Positions 29,351-38,972 of a stretch of 64,000 nucleotides of DNA are shown here, piece after piece. The stretch comes from an uncultured Gammaproteobacteria bacterium. Its GTDB lineage: Bacteria > Patescibacteriota > Patescibacteriia > SBBC01 > CAIJZX01. The first letter of the stretch is position 1. Each line of letters begins with the position of its first letter. The DNA lies in assembly GCA_964397195.1 (NCBI GenBank), contig CAYNGY010000003.1:5836-69835 (forward strand), given 5' to 3'. The position numbers were made by a program, and so were the translations under genes. The notes beneath the pieces were generated by a model. That model searched no databases and had not been told where the DNA came from. It saw only the letters and a program-made list of their open reading frames with translations.

Positions 29351-29974
29351 TTAGGAGTATTGACGAATCACGCCGAGCACGCGACCCTGGATGATGACCG
29401 AGCGGACATCAAGTGGGGCGTATTTTGGGTTGGCCGGTTGGAGCCGGACGAAATGCTTCTTGCGGAAGAACTTCTTCAACGTCGCGACGCCATCTTCAAG
29501 CAGTGCGACTACTGTGTCACCATCGCGAGCAAAATCCGTTTTTTCGCACACAACATAGTCACCATCAGCGATGAACGACTCGATCATCGAATCACCCTTT
29601 ACCTTGAGAACGTAAGCGTTCTTGCCTTTGACGATCTCTTCGGGTACGGCAATCGTCTGATCACGTGATTCGATCGCTTCGATTGGTAACCCGGCGGCAA
29701 TTGCGCCGACAATTGGGAGTGAAATGCTTTTGGCGACGAGGGACGCAAAGGTGTGCACTTTGGTGCTTAGGCTTAACCCGCGCTCTTCGCCTTCGGCGCG
29801 CTCAATAAATCCGCGTTCTTCGAGGAACTGGAGGTGCTCGTGAACGGTCGAGAGTGCCGAAACACCAAGGTGTTTAGCAATTTCGGTTAACGTCGGCGCG
29901 TAGCCATGCTGGCCGATGTAGTCCTTCAGATATTGGAGGACGCGTTGTTTTGTTTTGGGGAGGATTGGAGTCAT
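29351..29974 (-). CDS. lexA: LexA repressor (S24 peptidase)
   Basis: N-terminal wHTH (LTEIAKHLGVSALSTVHEHLQFLEERG). Cleavage-site region. Ser-Lys dyad (KGDSMIES … ATLKKF). The start is assigned to an internal Met. Confidence 0.85.
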   Translation of the reverse strand: MTPILPKTKQRVLQYLKDYIGQHGYAPTLTEIAKHLGVSALSTVHEHLQFLEERGFIERAEGEERGLSLSTKVHTFASLVAKSISLPIVGAIAAGLPIEAIESRDQTIAVPEEIVKGKNAYVLKVKGDSMIESFIADGDYVVCEKTDFARDGDTVVALLEDGVATLKKFFRKKHFVRLQPANPKYAPLDVRSVIIQGRVLGVIRQYS

Positions 29975-30131
29975 AGCTGGTATTAGCGTCGAAACCTCGG
30001 GCGGTGGTAAGGGGAGTTGCCTCGTCCCTCGAGGCCGCCCGGGCGAAGGCACAGGTCCTTCACGACGATGGAATCATCATAAACCGAATAAAAACCGAAG
30101 TCAACACCAAAACTGTGGATAACACTCCGAA

Positions 30132-30159
30132 GTTGAAAAATGAGAAAATTGTGATATAA
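30132..30159 (+). promoter_or_regulatory. sigma70-like promoter of the giant surface-protein operon
   Basis: TTGAAA, a 16-nt spacer, then extended -10 TGaTATAAT, about 35 nt upstream of the start codon. Confidence 0.55.
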
Positions 30160-30192
30160 TAAGGGACCAAATATTTAGTATAAATTCGGGCA

Positions 30193-33100
30193 ATGGTTGC
30201 CAAAAAACGCAATAAAACGAAGATAGTTGCAGTTCGGTTCTCATCTCGTCGAAGAAAACCGCTACGAGTGACTACACGGATAAAGCGAACACCCTCGCTC
30301 GTACTGTCGAAGGGGCGCTTTGTTGCGATCTCTCGGCGATTGGTAGGACAAGGTTTTATTAGGGCTAAAGGCGTGGTACATCGAGGGGTGGCATTTGTTA
30401 CTGCTCGTCCGAGACGCCGTCGTGTGATTCGTGGCTCAACGCCATGGCGTCAGCCGTTGCCAGGCTGGCTTGGCCAACGATTCTTACGAGTTTCGATGGC
30501 GGGGGCCAGCGCGCTGACAATTACGGCGTTACTAGCCACGTTATTTGTTCCTGATCAATGGGTATTCGCCGGTTCGACGGCGTATGATTTTTCGGTGCCG
30601 GGGAATTATTCGCTGAGTGACGCAGCAAAAATTGAAACGGCCTCGTCAACAACTCGCTTAAAAAACCTACAATATACCGGGGCGGAGGCGAATACTGCGG
30701 CCCTGTATCATTTTGATGAGACGAGCGGGAATGTGATTGATGACGCGAGCCCAAACGGGAATGACCTGACGGCGAGCACGACGACACCATGTGATGGCGC
30801 GGCATGGTCGGCCGGAAAAGTGGTTGACCCGGCGCTTGATCGAACCACATATGGATCGACTACCACCACTGGAAATGCAGGATGCCTTGCGGCTTCTGAT
30901 TCGGCGTCGTTGTCTCTTAACTCGCAGGTCACGCTTGAAGCGTACTTGAAATTCTCCGGGGCGTTCGATCAAACGAATACTATCACCCAGGGAATCCTCG
31001 ATAAGGGAAATTATCGCATGTACTTCGATGAGAGTGACGGCAAGCTGAAGTTCGAACTCGATGATTCCGCGACGAAAACTTGGGATAAAGTTGGCGGTTC
31101 GGCGCTGACACCAATCACGCCAGGTATTCACGGAAATGAAGGGATCAATGGAAGTTGGCGACAGTTCGTTCCGTCGGTCATTCAAGCGCTCGTTGAGTTC
31201 AATGGCGAGCTCTACGTCGGAACGGCGGGTAATGGAACGAACCTCGGTACCGGTGAGGTCTGGAAGTACTCAGGATCGAACCAGGTCTGGACGAAGGTCG
31301 GAGGCGACGGCAACGGCACAACAAATTGGGACACATCGCAAACCGAAGCGGTCTATTCTTTGGCCGTCCACAGCGGCTCTTTGTACGCTGGCTTGGGCTT
31401 AACCGCCGGGGACGCAGAAATCTGGCGGTATAGTGGAAGCGGAACGATCTGGACGAAAGTCGCCGGAGGCGGCGTGAATTCGAGTTGGACGATTGCGCAT
31501 AACATTGAAGCGGTCTACGCTCTCGTGTCCGACGGGACTTTCCTCTACGCCGGAACGGGTAATACCTCCAGCTCGGCGGCTCAATCGGATGGAGACGTCT
31601 GGCGATGCGCTAACTGCGGAACATCACCGACGTGGACTATTGTGGGCGGTACGAACAACGCAACCGGGGCTAACATCAATGCTAGCTGGGGCGGATACGT
31701 CGCGACGACGCAAGCCATTGAATCTGTTCGATCAATGGTCATGATGGGCACCGATCTCTACGTCGGACTTGGCGATACCGCGGCCGCCAATTATGCCGAT
31801 GGCGATGTTTGGCGTTGCTCGAGTTGTGGTACAAGTCCTACTTGGACGCAAGTCGGTGGTGATGGGACGGGTTGGGCGGCGAATACTTCTGAGGCCGTAT
31901 TCACACTGGCTACAAATGGGACAACGCTTTGGGCGGGACTTGGATATACGGCAAGCGACGCTGATGTCTGGGAGTGTACGAATTGCGGAACATCGCCGTC
32001 ATGGGCACAAATTGGCGGCAACGAAGTGAACGGGACAAAGCCAAACTGGAATACCGGCTATGAAACGGTTCGTGGTCTCGTGTACAACAGTACTGATGCT
32101 AAGCTCTATGCCAGTATTGGCGATACCGCCGGCGAAGGTGAGGTCTGGCGGTACGATACGACAACGTGGGTGAAAGTTGGCGGTGACGCCGTTGGAGCGG
32201 CCGGAAAAAAATCGTGGGACGCATACTTTACGACACCAGAGTCAGCTGCGGGAACGAATAGTACAAAAGAACTTGCCTACGTCGGAACCTACAATAACAA
32301 ACTCGTCGTCGGAACTGGGAATACGCCGCAGGACGCGGAAGTGTGGTTGTGCGACGCAAATTGCGGTAGTAGTGCCACACCGGATTGGTCAGAAATCGGC
32401 GGCCGGGATTTCCGATCCTGGGGCGCGGCGAACCTGTCCTATGTGACGTCAATGGCGGTGAATGCAGGGAAGTTGTACGTCGGAACCGGGACGACGAATA
32501 AACACGCTTCGATTTGGGAGTACAACGGTTCAACATGGACACAAGTTGGCGGTGGCACGTTGAATCTTTCGGCTGGGTATTTCTGGGATAACTACGAGTA
32601 CGTTTTGGCGATGGCCTCGTTCAAGGGCGATCTCTACGCCGGTTTCGGGTCATTGCCAGCCGGCGGGGACGATGGTGATGTCTGGAAGTATAGTGCCGGT
32701 GCCTGGACACAGGTCGGTGGCACAGCTTACAACGCCAGTGCAGCCGGTGACACGATCAATAATAGTTGGACTAACGGGAATAATATCGAAGAAGTCTCCA
32801 GCATGACTGCAGACGAAACATATCTCTACGTTGGTACCGGGAGTACGGCGACCGACGGCGACGTCTGGCGGTTTGATGGAAGCACTTGGGGTGGCTTGCC
32901 GATCGGCGGAACCCGAAACGATACTAATGTGTTAGTGAACAATAGTTGGGCAGCCGGCACCTTCGAACGCGTCCAGTCGCTGAAAGTAGCTAACGGGCTC
33001 CTTTTTGCTGGTCTAGGTTCAACTGGTGGTGACGCAGAAGTGTGGCGATGGAACGGAACAAACTGGGGCACGAATGTATCACCGAACACCACCCGGAACC

Positions 33101-36100
33101 GTATTGGCGGCGACGGAGACGCGACGTTTTCGACCACCTGGAATCGGTCGGATATTGTACCGTCGGAGGCGACTGCCCGCGAGTCAATTCGTTCCATGAC
33201 GTTTATTGACTCAACGATGTATGTGGCGATTGGCGATACCAACGATGGTTCGCTCCAAGCAGACGCTGAGGTCTGGTCGTGTACCAATTGTCTTGATACC
33301 TCAGTGAATGCCTTCTCAGGAACCAAGCCAAATTGGACAATGGTCGGTGGTGACGGCGTAAACCAGTCTTGGGATAACCTAATCTACGAGCAAGTAACGT
33401 CGATCGTTAGCTATAAAGGGCATTTATTCGCAGCGCTCGGTATTAATAATAGCGGATCGGATTACGACTCCGAATTATGGGAGTACAACGGTAGTACGTG
33501 GCAAAAAGTTGGTGGTGATGCGCAAACCGGCGATACCTGGAGCGGGACATACGAATTGGCGACCGAGCTCATCGTCCTGAATGGAAGAATGTATACCGGG
33601 CTTGGAACGACAAATAATACAACTACTGCGGCCGATGCTGAAGTATGGGAATACGGTGCAAATACGTCGAAAGTCATTGCTTCGACAACCGCGTCTTGGA
33701 ATGCGGGAACATGGTACCACGTGGCTGGTACGTATGACGGGACAACAGCAAAAATATTTGTATGTGATAGTACAAACCTTGGGAGTTGCACTGGTACGCC
33801 GGAAACGACGACGTCGTTCGGATCGATGACCCTCGCCGATACGAATACCCCACTTGCAATCGGGTCCCTTCACGGTGCACTTGGACCGGATCGCTCATAC
33901 GGCGGATTTGCGGGCTCCTTAGATGAGGTACGAATATCCTCGACTGCTCGTGCGGCGGAGAATTTTGTGTTGACACAGTATTCACCCACTGCTCAAACGG
34001 TCCAGCCGACGGCGGCCATATCTCGAAATCAAAAACACAGTTGGGCCGGGTTTGCCGATACGAATAACGGTATCGGCACGATCACCTATCGGCTCTCGAA
34101 TGATGGAGTAACTTGGAAATACTGGAATACTGGAAATTCGCAATGGGCGACCTCTGGCTCGACGAGTCAATCAAGCCCAAAAGCAGATATCAATAACAAT
34201 ATCGCCACCTTTGATCCGACGCCGATCGAGTCCGGCGGTCTCCTCTGGCAAGCGGTTTTGAGCGGGAATGGTGATCAACGAGTCATCCTGAACACGGTGA
34301 CCGTGACGTACATTGATGACACGAACGCGCCGAACAATGTGACGGCTGTCACCGGGAATGATGGAAACTGGTTTGACCGTACGAATCCGGTGTTTACATG
34401 GTCGGCGCCGAGCGATCCACTCCCGTCGCCGAATCCGAATGGTGAACAAGCGTCGGGTGTCGAGGGATACTACGTCTATTTTGGGCCGAACGGCAGCGCG
34501 ATCCCGCGAACAGATGGTCAATTTCAAACCAGCACGACATATACTGGGACGCCGATATCGAGCGGCGATACCCAGCCATATTTTTTCCGCATCCAAACGC
34601 GCGACTATGCCCAGAATTATACCGATGATGTCACGGGCGTCTATGATCAGTTCCGCGATACGACGGCTCCGAATAATGTGTCGTCGGTTACAGGCAATGC
34701 GAACAGTGGAAATTGGTACAATCGCGCCAATCCGGTCTTCACCTGGTCGGTGCCGTCCGACGTGACCGGGGTAGCGAACGAAATCGCCTCGGGCATTAAA
34801 GGGTATTATGTCTATTTCGGCACCAATCCAAACGCGGTTCCGCGAACGGCCGGGACATTTGTTACGACCAATACCTATACGGCGCCGCCGATAGACGCTG
34901 GTGATACGCAGACATATTACCTCCGGATCCAGACGCGCGATAAAGCCCTGAATACGACCAGCGATGTCGGCGGTATCTACGATGCGTTTCGAGACGCGAC
35001 GGCACCGAATAATGTGAACGCTGTAACGGGTAATGCGGGTGACTGGTTTGATCGGGCGAACCCGCAGTTCAGTTGGTCGGCGCCAACGGATGATTTGCCG
35101 AGTCCGAATCCGAATGGCGAAAAAGCTTCGGGGATCGACGGGTACTACGTCTATTTTGGCACGAATCCGAACGCCGTTCCACGAACGGCGGGCGTATTCA
35201 CCACGGCCACGACGTATGCCGGTACGCCGATTGCTCCGGGCAACACGCAGTCATACTACTTCCGTGTCCAAACTCGAGATAAAGCCTTCAATACGACGAG
35301 TGATAGTACGGGCATTTACGATGCGTTTCGCGATACGACGTCCCCGAATAACGTGCTGTCAGTGACTAGCACGAATGGGAATTGGTTTGACCGATCGAAT
35401 CCGCAGTTCTCATGGTCATCGCCGACAGACGATCTCCCGAGTCCAAATCCAAATAGCGAAAAAGCCTCGGGAATAAATGGGTATTTCATTTACTTCGGAA
35501 CCGATCCGGCGGCCATTCCACGGACGGCCGGCGTATTTACGTCCAACACCACCTACACCTTCAGTCCAATATCGGGGGCAGATACGAATGCCTATTACTT
35601 TCGGATTCAGACGCGAGATAATGCCATGAACGTTACATCCGATGGGGCCATTCTGAATGGCTTCCTCGATGCGACTCCGCCGAACAACGTGTCGGCAATA
35701 ACGGCACTCTCTGGGAGCGGCGGATCGCCGATTGTCGCCAACACGTGGTACAACCATAGCGCGCCGCAATTTAGTTGGTCGGCACCAACCGATGATCTGC
35801 CGAATCCTAATCCGGATGGCGAGAGTGTCTCCGGCGTGGAGGGCTATTACGTCTATTTCGGGACGAACCAGGCCGCGGTGCCGAAGAACTCGGGAACGTT
35901 CGTTACCAGCACGACCTATATTCCGACCGGACTGGTGAGTGGAAACACCTACTATCTCCGAATCCAGACGCGCGATAAAGCGCTCAACACCTCACCGGCT
36001 ATTTACGATGCATTTACCTATAAGTTTGATAATGTGGGTCCGAGTGGACCGACGGTCTCGGCATCACCGGCGGGGTACACGGCGCTGAATGATTATACTT

Positions 36101-38202
36101 TTTTCTGGTTAAATTCCGGATCAGGCGGGCCGGTTGACCCGGGCGCTCCGTCAAATGGTTCGGGTTTCTCGGGGAACTTCGTGTATCGGATCGGCTCGCA
36201 AGCATGGTCGTCCTCGACGGCAGTCACACAAGTTAATATTCCAAATGCCGCCTATCAAGAAGGCGCCAATGTTTTTGAAATAAAAGCGATTGACAATGTC
36301 GGGAACGAAGGTCCGGCGTCCAGTGTTTCGTTTTACTATTCGGGCGTTGCGCCGACCGCACCGGAGAACCTGACCGTTGATCCAGTGACGTCGGAAGGCA
36401 GTCCGTCGGCATCAAACTCCTTTAGTTTCCTCTGGCAACCACCGTCAAGTTCGTCGAGCCCCATTTCACAGTATCGGTTCTCGATCAATAAATTGCCAAC
36501 AGCCACAAATACTCAAATTACTCCACTAACGGGATTACGGGCGGCCCCGTTTGCGACCCAACAAGGGAAAAATACGTTCTACGTTGTGGCCGAAGATGAG
36601 GCGGGGAACATTAATTATGACAACCCGGCGCACGTCGATTTCTATGCCCTGACTCCCGCTCCGGCAGCCCCAACGTCGACACAAATCTTTGATATCTCTA
36701 ATCGCGATACCTCGGAATATGCGATTAGTATGAAATGGTCAGAACCGAGCAAGAGCAACGGTTTTGATGGATATGAAGTGTATCGATCTGACGACAATAC
36801 AACGTTCGTCTCCGCTGGCACGACGAAGAGCCCGGTGTTTATTGATACGAATCTCGAATCGAAACCATACTATTACAAGGTGCGGTCGAAGGATAACGCG
36901 GGTCAATATTCCATTGATTCGACGACCGTAACATTGACCCCAACCGGACGATATACAACGGCGCCGAAGCTCCAGGACGGTCCGGAAGTGACGCCGAAAT
37001 CGTTCTCGGGCGCAGTGGTTTGGAACACCGATCGCATCGCTTCGAGCTTTATTGAATATGGGACGGATCCGTACCACCTCGGAAAGCAGAATGGTGGTGA
37101 GACCATCGGGACGCTCGACTTGGTGACGAAGCACACCGTGGCCATTAACGGCTTACAACCGGAAACAATCTATTCATACCAAGCGGTGTGGGTTGACCAG
37201 GACGGTAACCGCGGTCAGAGCGAGGTGCTGACCTTTGCCACTGGCCTGCGTCCGAAGATTAGCGACGTGGCGGTTTCAAACATTACGCTCACGACGGCGA
37301 CGATCAGCTGGACCTCGACGACCGTCGCCACGTCGAACGTGGTCTACGGTAAGACGAAGAGTTTTGGGCAGAGTGTTTCGGACGCATCAGGAACTGGGAC
37401 CACGCGACACTCGGTTCAGATTGAGGGGCTCGACGATACGACGACGTACCATTTCCAGATCTCGGGTACTGATACGGATAATAATCTCCTCCAGTCCGAT
37501 GAGTATACGTTTGATACGTTAACGCGCCCGATTATTACCGGATTTGATTTCGCGCAGGTCAAAGATGCGGCGACAATCACGATGCGGTTTAGCTGGACGA
37601 CAAATGTGCCAACGACATCAATTATTTCCTATACCCAATCAGGTGGGTCTGCCAAGAATCTTTCCAACGCGGAATACGGCACGAAGCATGAAATGGTTGT
37701 GGGGAATCTTTCCGAGAAGAAAGTATACGTGTTTCAAGCACGTGGCGTTGATACATATGGAAACCTTGCGACGTCAAATCCATTAACCGCGACGACGCCG
37801 GGTGATACGCGACCGCCAAAAGTGACCAACATGACCATTGAAGTTCGGTCATCCGGGGTTGGTGAGGCACAAAAAGCGCAACTCGTCGTATCATGGGAAA
37901 CTGACGAACAGGGGAGTAGCCAGGTTGAATATGGACCGGGCATTAGTTCGGATAACTATCCGACGCGAACCGCGGAAGACCCGGCGCTCGGAACGTCCCA
38001 CGTGGTGATTGTGCCTGAGCTTGAGCCAGCCAAACTGTATCATCTTCGCGCTGTCTCGCGTGACTCATCGGGGAATGGCGGATCGAGTGCGGACACGACA
38101 GCTATCACCGGGAAGGTCCAGCGCTCAGTGGTTGATATTATTATCAGTTCGCTGACGCGATCACTCGGATTCTTGGGCGGCCTCATTAAAACCACACAAT
38201 AA
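30193..38202 (+). CDS. giant (2669 aa) membrane-anchored surface protein: β-propeller repeats, LamG/ConA-like domain, 6 tandem FN3-like repeats, 4 purple-acid-phosphatase-type FN3 domains
   Basis: Basic N-terminal tail and one transmembrane helix (type II). About 16 repeats with G[DE]xEVW[RE][YC]…W[TAK]xVGG. LamG motif ASWNAGTWYHVAGTYDG…SLDEVRIS. Six ~110-aa repeats (TAPNNV…W[FY][DN]R[AST]NP.F.WS.P.D…GYYVYFGTNPNAVPRTAG…YYFRIQTRDKA.N). Four repeats ending TFAT/TFDT with YGT…H.V.[IL].GL.P.T.Y. C-terminal hydrophobic segment. Confidence 0.85.
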   Translation: MVAKKRNKTKIVAVRFSSRRRKPLRVTTRIKRTPSLVLSKGRFVAISRRLVGQGFIRAKGVVHRGVAFVTARPRRRRVIRGSTPWRQPLPGWLGQRFLRVSMAGASALTITALLATLFVPDQWVFAGSTAYDFSVPGNYSLSDAAKIETASSTTRLKNLQYTGAEANTAALYHFDETSGNVIDDASPNGNDLTASTTTPCDGAAWSAGKVVDPALDRTTYGSTTTTGNAGCLAASDSASLSLNSQVTLEAYLKFSGAFDQTNTITQGILDKGNYRMYFDESDGKLKFELDDSATKTWDKVGGSALTPITPGIHGNEGINGSWRQFVPSVIQALVEFNGELYVGTAGNGTNLGTGEVWKYSGSNQVWTKVGGDGNGTTNWDTSQTEAVYSLAVHSGSLYAGLGLTAGDAEIWRYSGSGTIWTKVAGGGVNSSWTIAHNIEAVYALVSDGTFLYAGTGNTSSSAAQSDGDVWRCANCGTSPTWTIVGGTNNATGANINASWGGYVATTQAIESVRSMVMMGTDLYVGLGDTAAANYADGDVWRCSSCGTSPTWTQVGGDGTGWAANTSEAVFTLATNGTTLWAGLGYTASDADVWECTNCGTSPSWAQIGGNEVNGTKPNWNTGYETVRGLVYNSTDAKLYASIGDTAGEGEVWRYDTTTWVKVGGDAVGAAGKKSWDAYFTTPESAAGTNSTKELAYVGTYNNKLVVGTGNTPQDAEVWLCDANCGSSATPDWSEIGGRDFRSWGAANLSYVTSMAVNAGKLYVGTGTTNKHASIWEYNGSTWTQVGGGTLNLSAGYFWDNYEYVLAMASFKGDLYAGFGSLPAGGDDGDVWKYSAGAWTQVGGTAYNASAAGDTINNSWTNGNNIEEVSSMTADETYLYVGTGSTATDGDVWRFDGSTWGGLPIGGTRNDTNVLVNNSWAAGTFERVQSLKVANGLLFAGLGSTGGDAEVWRWNGTNWGTNVSPNTTRNRIGGDGDATFSTTWNRSDIVPSEATARESIRSMTFIDSTMYVAIGDTNDGSLQADAEVWSCTNCLDTSVNAFSGTKPNWTMVGGDGVNQSWDNLIYEQVTSIVSYKGHLFAALGINNSGSDYDSELWEYNGSTWQKVGGDAQTGDTWSGTYELATELIVLNGRMYTGLGTTNNTTTAADAEVWEYGANTSKVIASTTASWNAGTWYHVAGTYDGTTAKIFVCDSTNLGSCTGTPETTTSFGSMTLADTNTPLAIGSLHGALGPDRSYGGFAGSLDEVRISSTARAAENFVLTQYSPTAQTVQPTAAISRNQKHSWAGFADTNNGIGTITYRLSNDGVTWKYWNTGNSQWATSGSTSQSSPKADINNNIATFDPTPIESGGLLWQAVLSGNGDQRVILNTVTVTYIDDTNAPNNVTAVTGNDGNWFDRTNPVFTWSAPSDPLPSPNPNGEQASGVEGYYVYFGPNGSAIPRTDGQFQTSTTYTGTPISSGDTQPYFFRIQTRDYAQNYTDDVTGVYDQFRDTTAPNNVSSVTGNANSGNWYNRANPVFTWSVPSDVTGVANEIASGIKGYYVYFGTNPNAVPRTAGTFVTTNTYTAPPIDAGDTQTYYLRIQTRDKALNTTSDVGGIYDAFRDATAPNNVNAVTGNAGDWFDRANPQFSWSAPTDDLPSPNPNGEKASGIDGYYVYFGTNPNAVPRTAGVFTTATTYAGTPIAPGNTQSYYFRVQTRDKAFNTTSDSTGIYDAFRDTTSPNNVLSVTSTNGNWFDRSNPQFSWSSPTDDLPSPNPNSEKASGINGYFIYFGTDPAAIPRTAGVFTSNTTYTFSPISGADTNAYYFRIQTRDNAMNVTSDGAILNGFLDATPPNNVSAITALSGSGGSPIVANTWYNHSAPQFSWSAPTDDLPNPNPDGESVSGVEGYYVYFGTNQAAVPKNSGTFVTSTTYIPTGLVSGNTYYLRIQTRDKALNTSPAIYDAFTYKFDNVGPSGPTVSASPAGYTALNDYTFFWLNSGSGGPVDPGAPSNGSGFSGNFVYRIGSQAWSSSTAVTQVNIPNAAYQEGANVFEIKAIDNVGNEGPASSVSFYYSGVAPTAPENLTVDPVTSEGSPSASNSFSFLWQPPSSSSSPISQYRFSINKLPTATNTQITPLTGLRAAPFATQQGKNTFYVVAEDEAGNINYDNPAHVDFYALTPAPAAPTSTQIFDISNRDTSEYAISMKWSEPSKSNGFDGYEVYRSDDNTTFVSAGTTKSPVFIDTNLESKPYYYKVRSKDNAGQYSIDSTTVTLTPTGRYTTAPKLQDGPEVTPKSFSGAVVWNTDRIASSFIEYGTDPYHLGKQNGGETIGTLDLVTKHTVAINGLQPETIYSYQAVWVDQDGNRGQSEVLTFATGLRPKISDVAVSNITLTTATISWTSTTVATSNVVYGKTKSFGQSVSDASGTGTTRHSVQIEGLDDTTTYHFQISGTDTDNNLLQSDEYTFDTLTRPIITGFDFAQVKDAATITMRFSWTTNVPTTSIISYTQSGGSAKNLSNAEYGTKHEMVVGNLSEKKVYVFQARGVDTYGNLATSNPLTATTPGDTRPPKVTNMTIEVRSSGVGEAQKAQLVVSWETDEQGSSQVEYGPGISSDNYPTRTAEDPALGTSHVVIVPELEPAKLYHLRAVSRDSSGNGGSSADTTAITGKVQRSVVDIIISSLTRSLGFLGGLIKTTQ
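34300..36000 (+). repeat. intragenic tandem array of about 330-bp repeats (6 copies) encoding FN3-like modules
   Basis: Recurrent nucleotide blocks (…ccgaataatgtg…tggtttgaccg…aatccg…ttcagttggtcggcgcc…ccgaatccgaatgg…tactacgtctattttgg…cagacgcgcgataaagc…) recur with a period of about 330 bp. Confidence 0.7.
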
Positions 38203-38972
38203 TGTCGCCAGCCGTCTCAACGCCAGCCGGCGTAAAAAAGCCAGTGATTGTGGCGAAAAACGTTGAGAAGATTTTTACCTATGGGAAAGAGACATACGAG
38301 GTGCTCCATGGATTGAGTACGACCGTCTACGCCGGTGAGTTCGCTATTATTTACGGTCCATCGGGTAGCGGTAAATCTACTTTTTTAAACACGCTCATCG
38401 GTCTCGAGCGACCGACAAAGGGCGAAGTCTACATTGACGGCATTGAGATTGATAAGATGAGCGATGACCAGCGCGCTGAACTTCGGGCGACACGGTTTGG
38501 GGTCGTCTCGCAAAGTCCAATTTGGGTGAAGGCGCTCACCGTTTTGGAGAATGTGGCGATGCCGCTGCTGATTCAGAATGTCCCCGAAGCGCGCGCCTTT
38601 CAACGAGCGAAAGAAGTGTTGGAGATGGTTGGTCTACCGGAAAAAGTAAAGAATAAACCGGCCGAACTGTCCGGCGGTCAACAACAACGGGTCAACTTCG
38701 CTCGATCGCTGGTGAATGATCCACATATTCTGGTGCTTGATGAACCGACGGGGAACCTTGACTCAAAGTCGGCCGATCAGGTCCTTGGTCTGTTGGCCGA
38801 ATTGAATAAGCGTCGCGAGCGGACGATATTAATGATTACCCATAATTTAGAATATTTGGAACTAGCGGATCGAAAAATCATGATTCGCGACGGACTGATT
38901 ACGGAAGATACCGCCCAAACCGCCAAAGTGTTTGTGCCGCACAAAGCCTATGAGACTGACAAGCATAATTAG
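38202..38972 (+). CDS. ABC transporter ATP-binding protein (MacB/LolD/FtsE-like)
   Basis: Walker A GPSGSGKSTFLNT. Signature LSGGQQQRVNFARSL. Walker B ILVLDEPTGNLD. The start overlaps the giant gene's stop (TAATG). Confidence 0.85.
   Translation: MSPAVSTPAGVKKPVIVAKNVEKIFTYGKETYEVLHGLSTTVYAGEFAIIYGPSGSGKSTFLNTLIGLERPTKGEVYIDGIEIDKMSDDQRAELRATRFGVVSQSPIWVKALTVLENVAMPLLIQNVPEARAFQRAKEVLEMVGLPEKVKNKPAELSGGQQQRVNFARSLVNDPHILVLDEPTGNLDSKSADQVLGLLAELNKRRERTILMITHNLEYLELADRKIMIRDGLITEDTAQTAKVFVPHKAYETDKHN

Noticed and set aside
29975-30192. Search for a canonical LexA (GAAC-N4-GTTC / CTGT-N8-ACAG) box between lexA and the giant gene
   Set aside because: No such palindrome is present. Only direct AAACCGAA repeats and a GC-rich imperfect hairpin were seen, so no SOS box is annotated.
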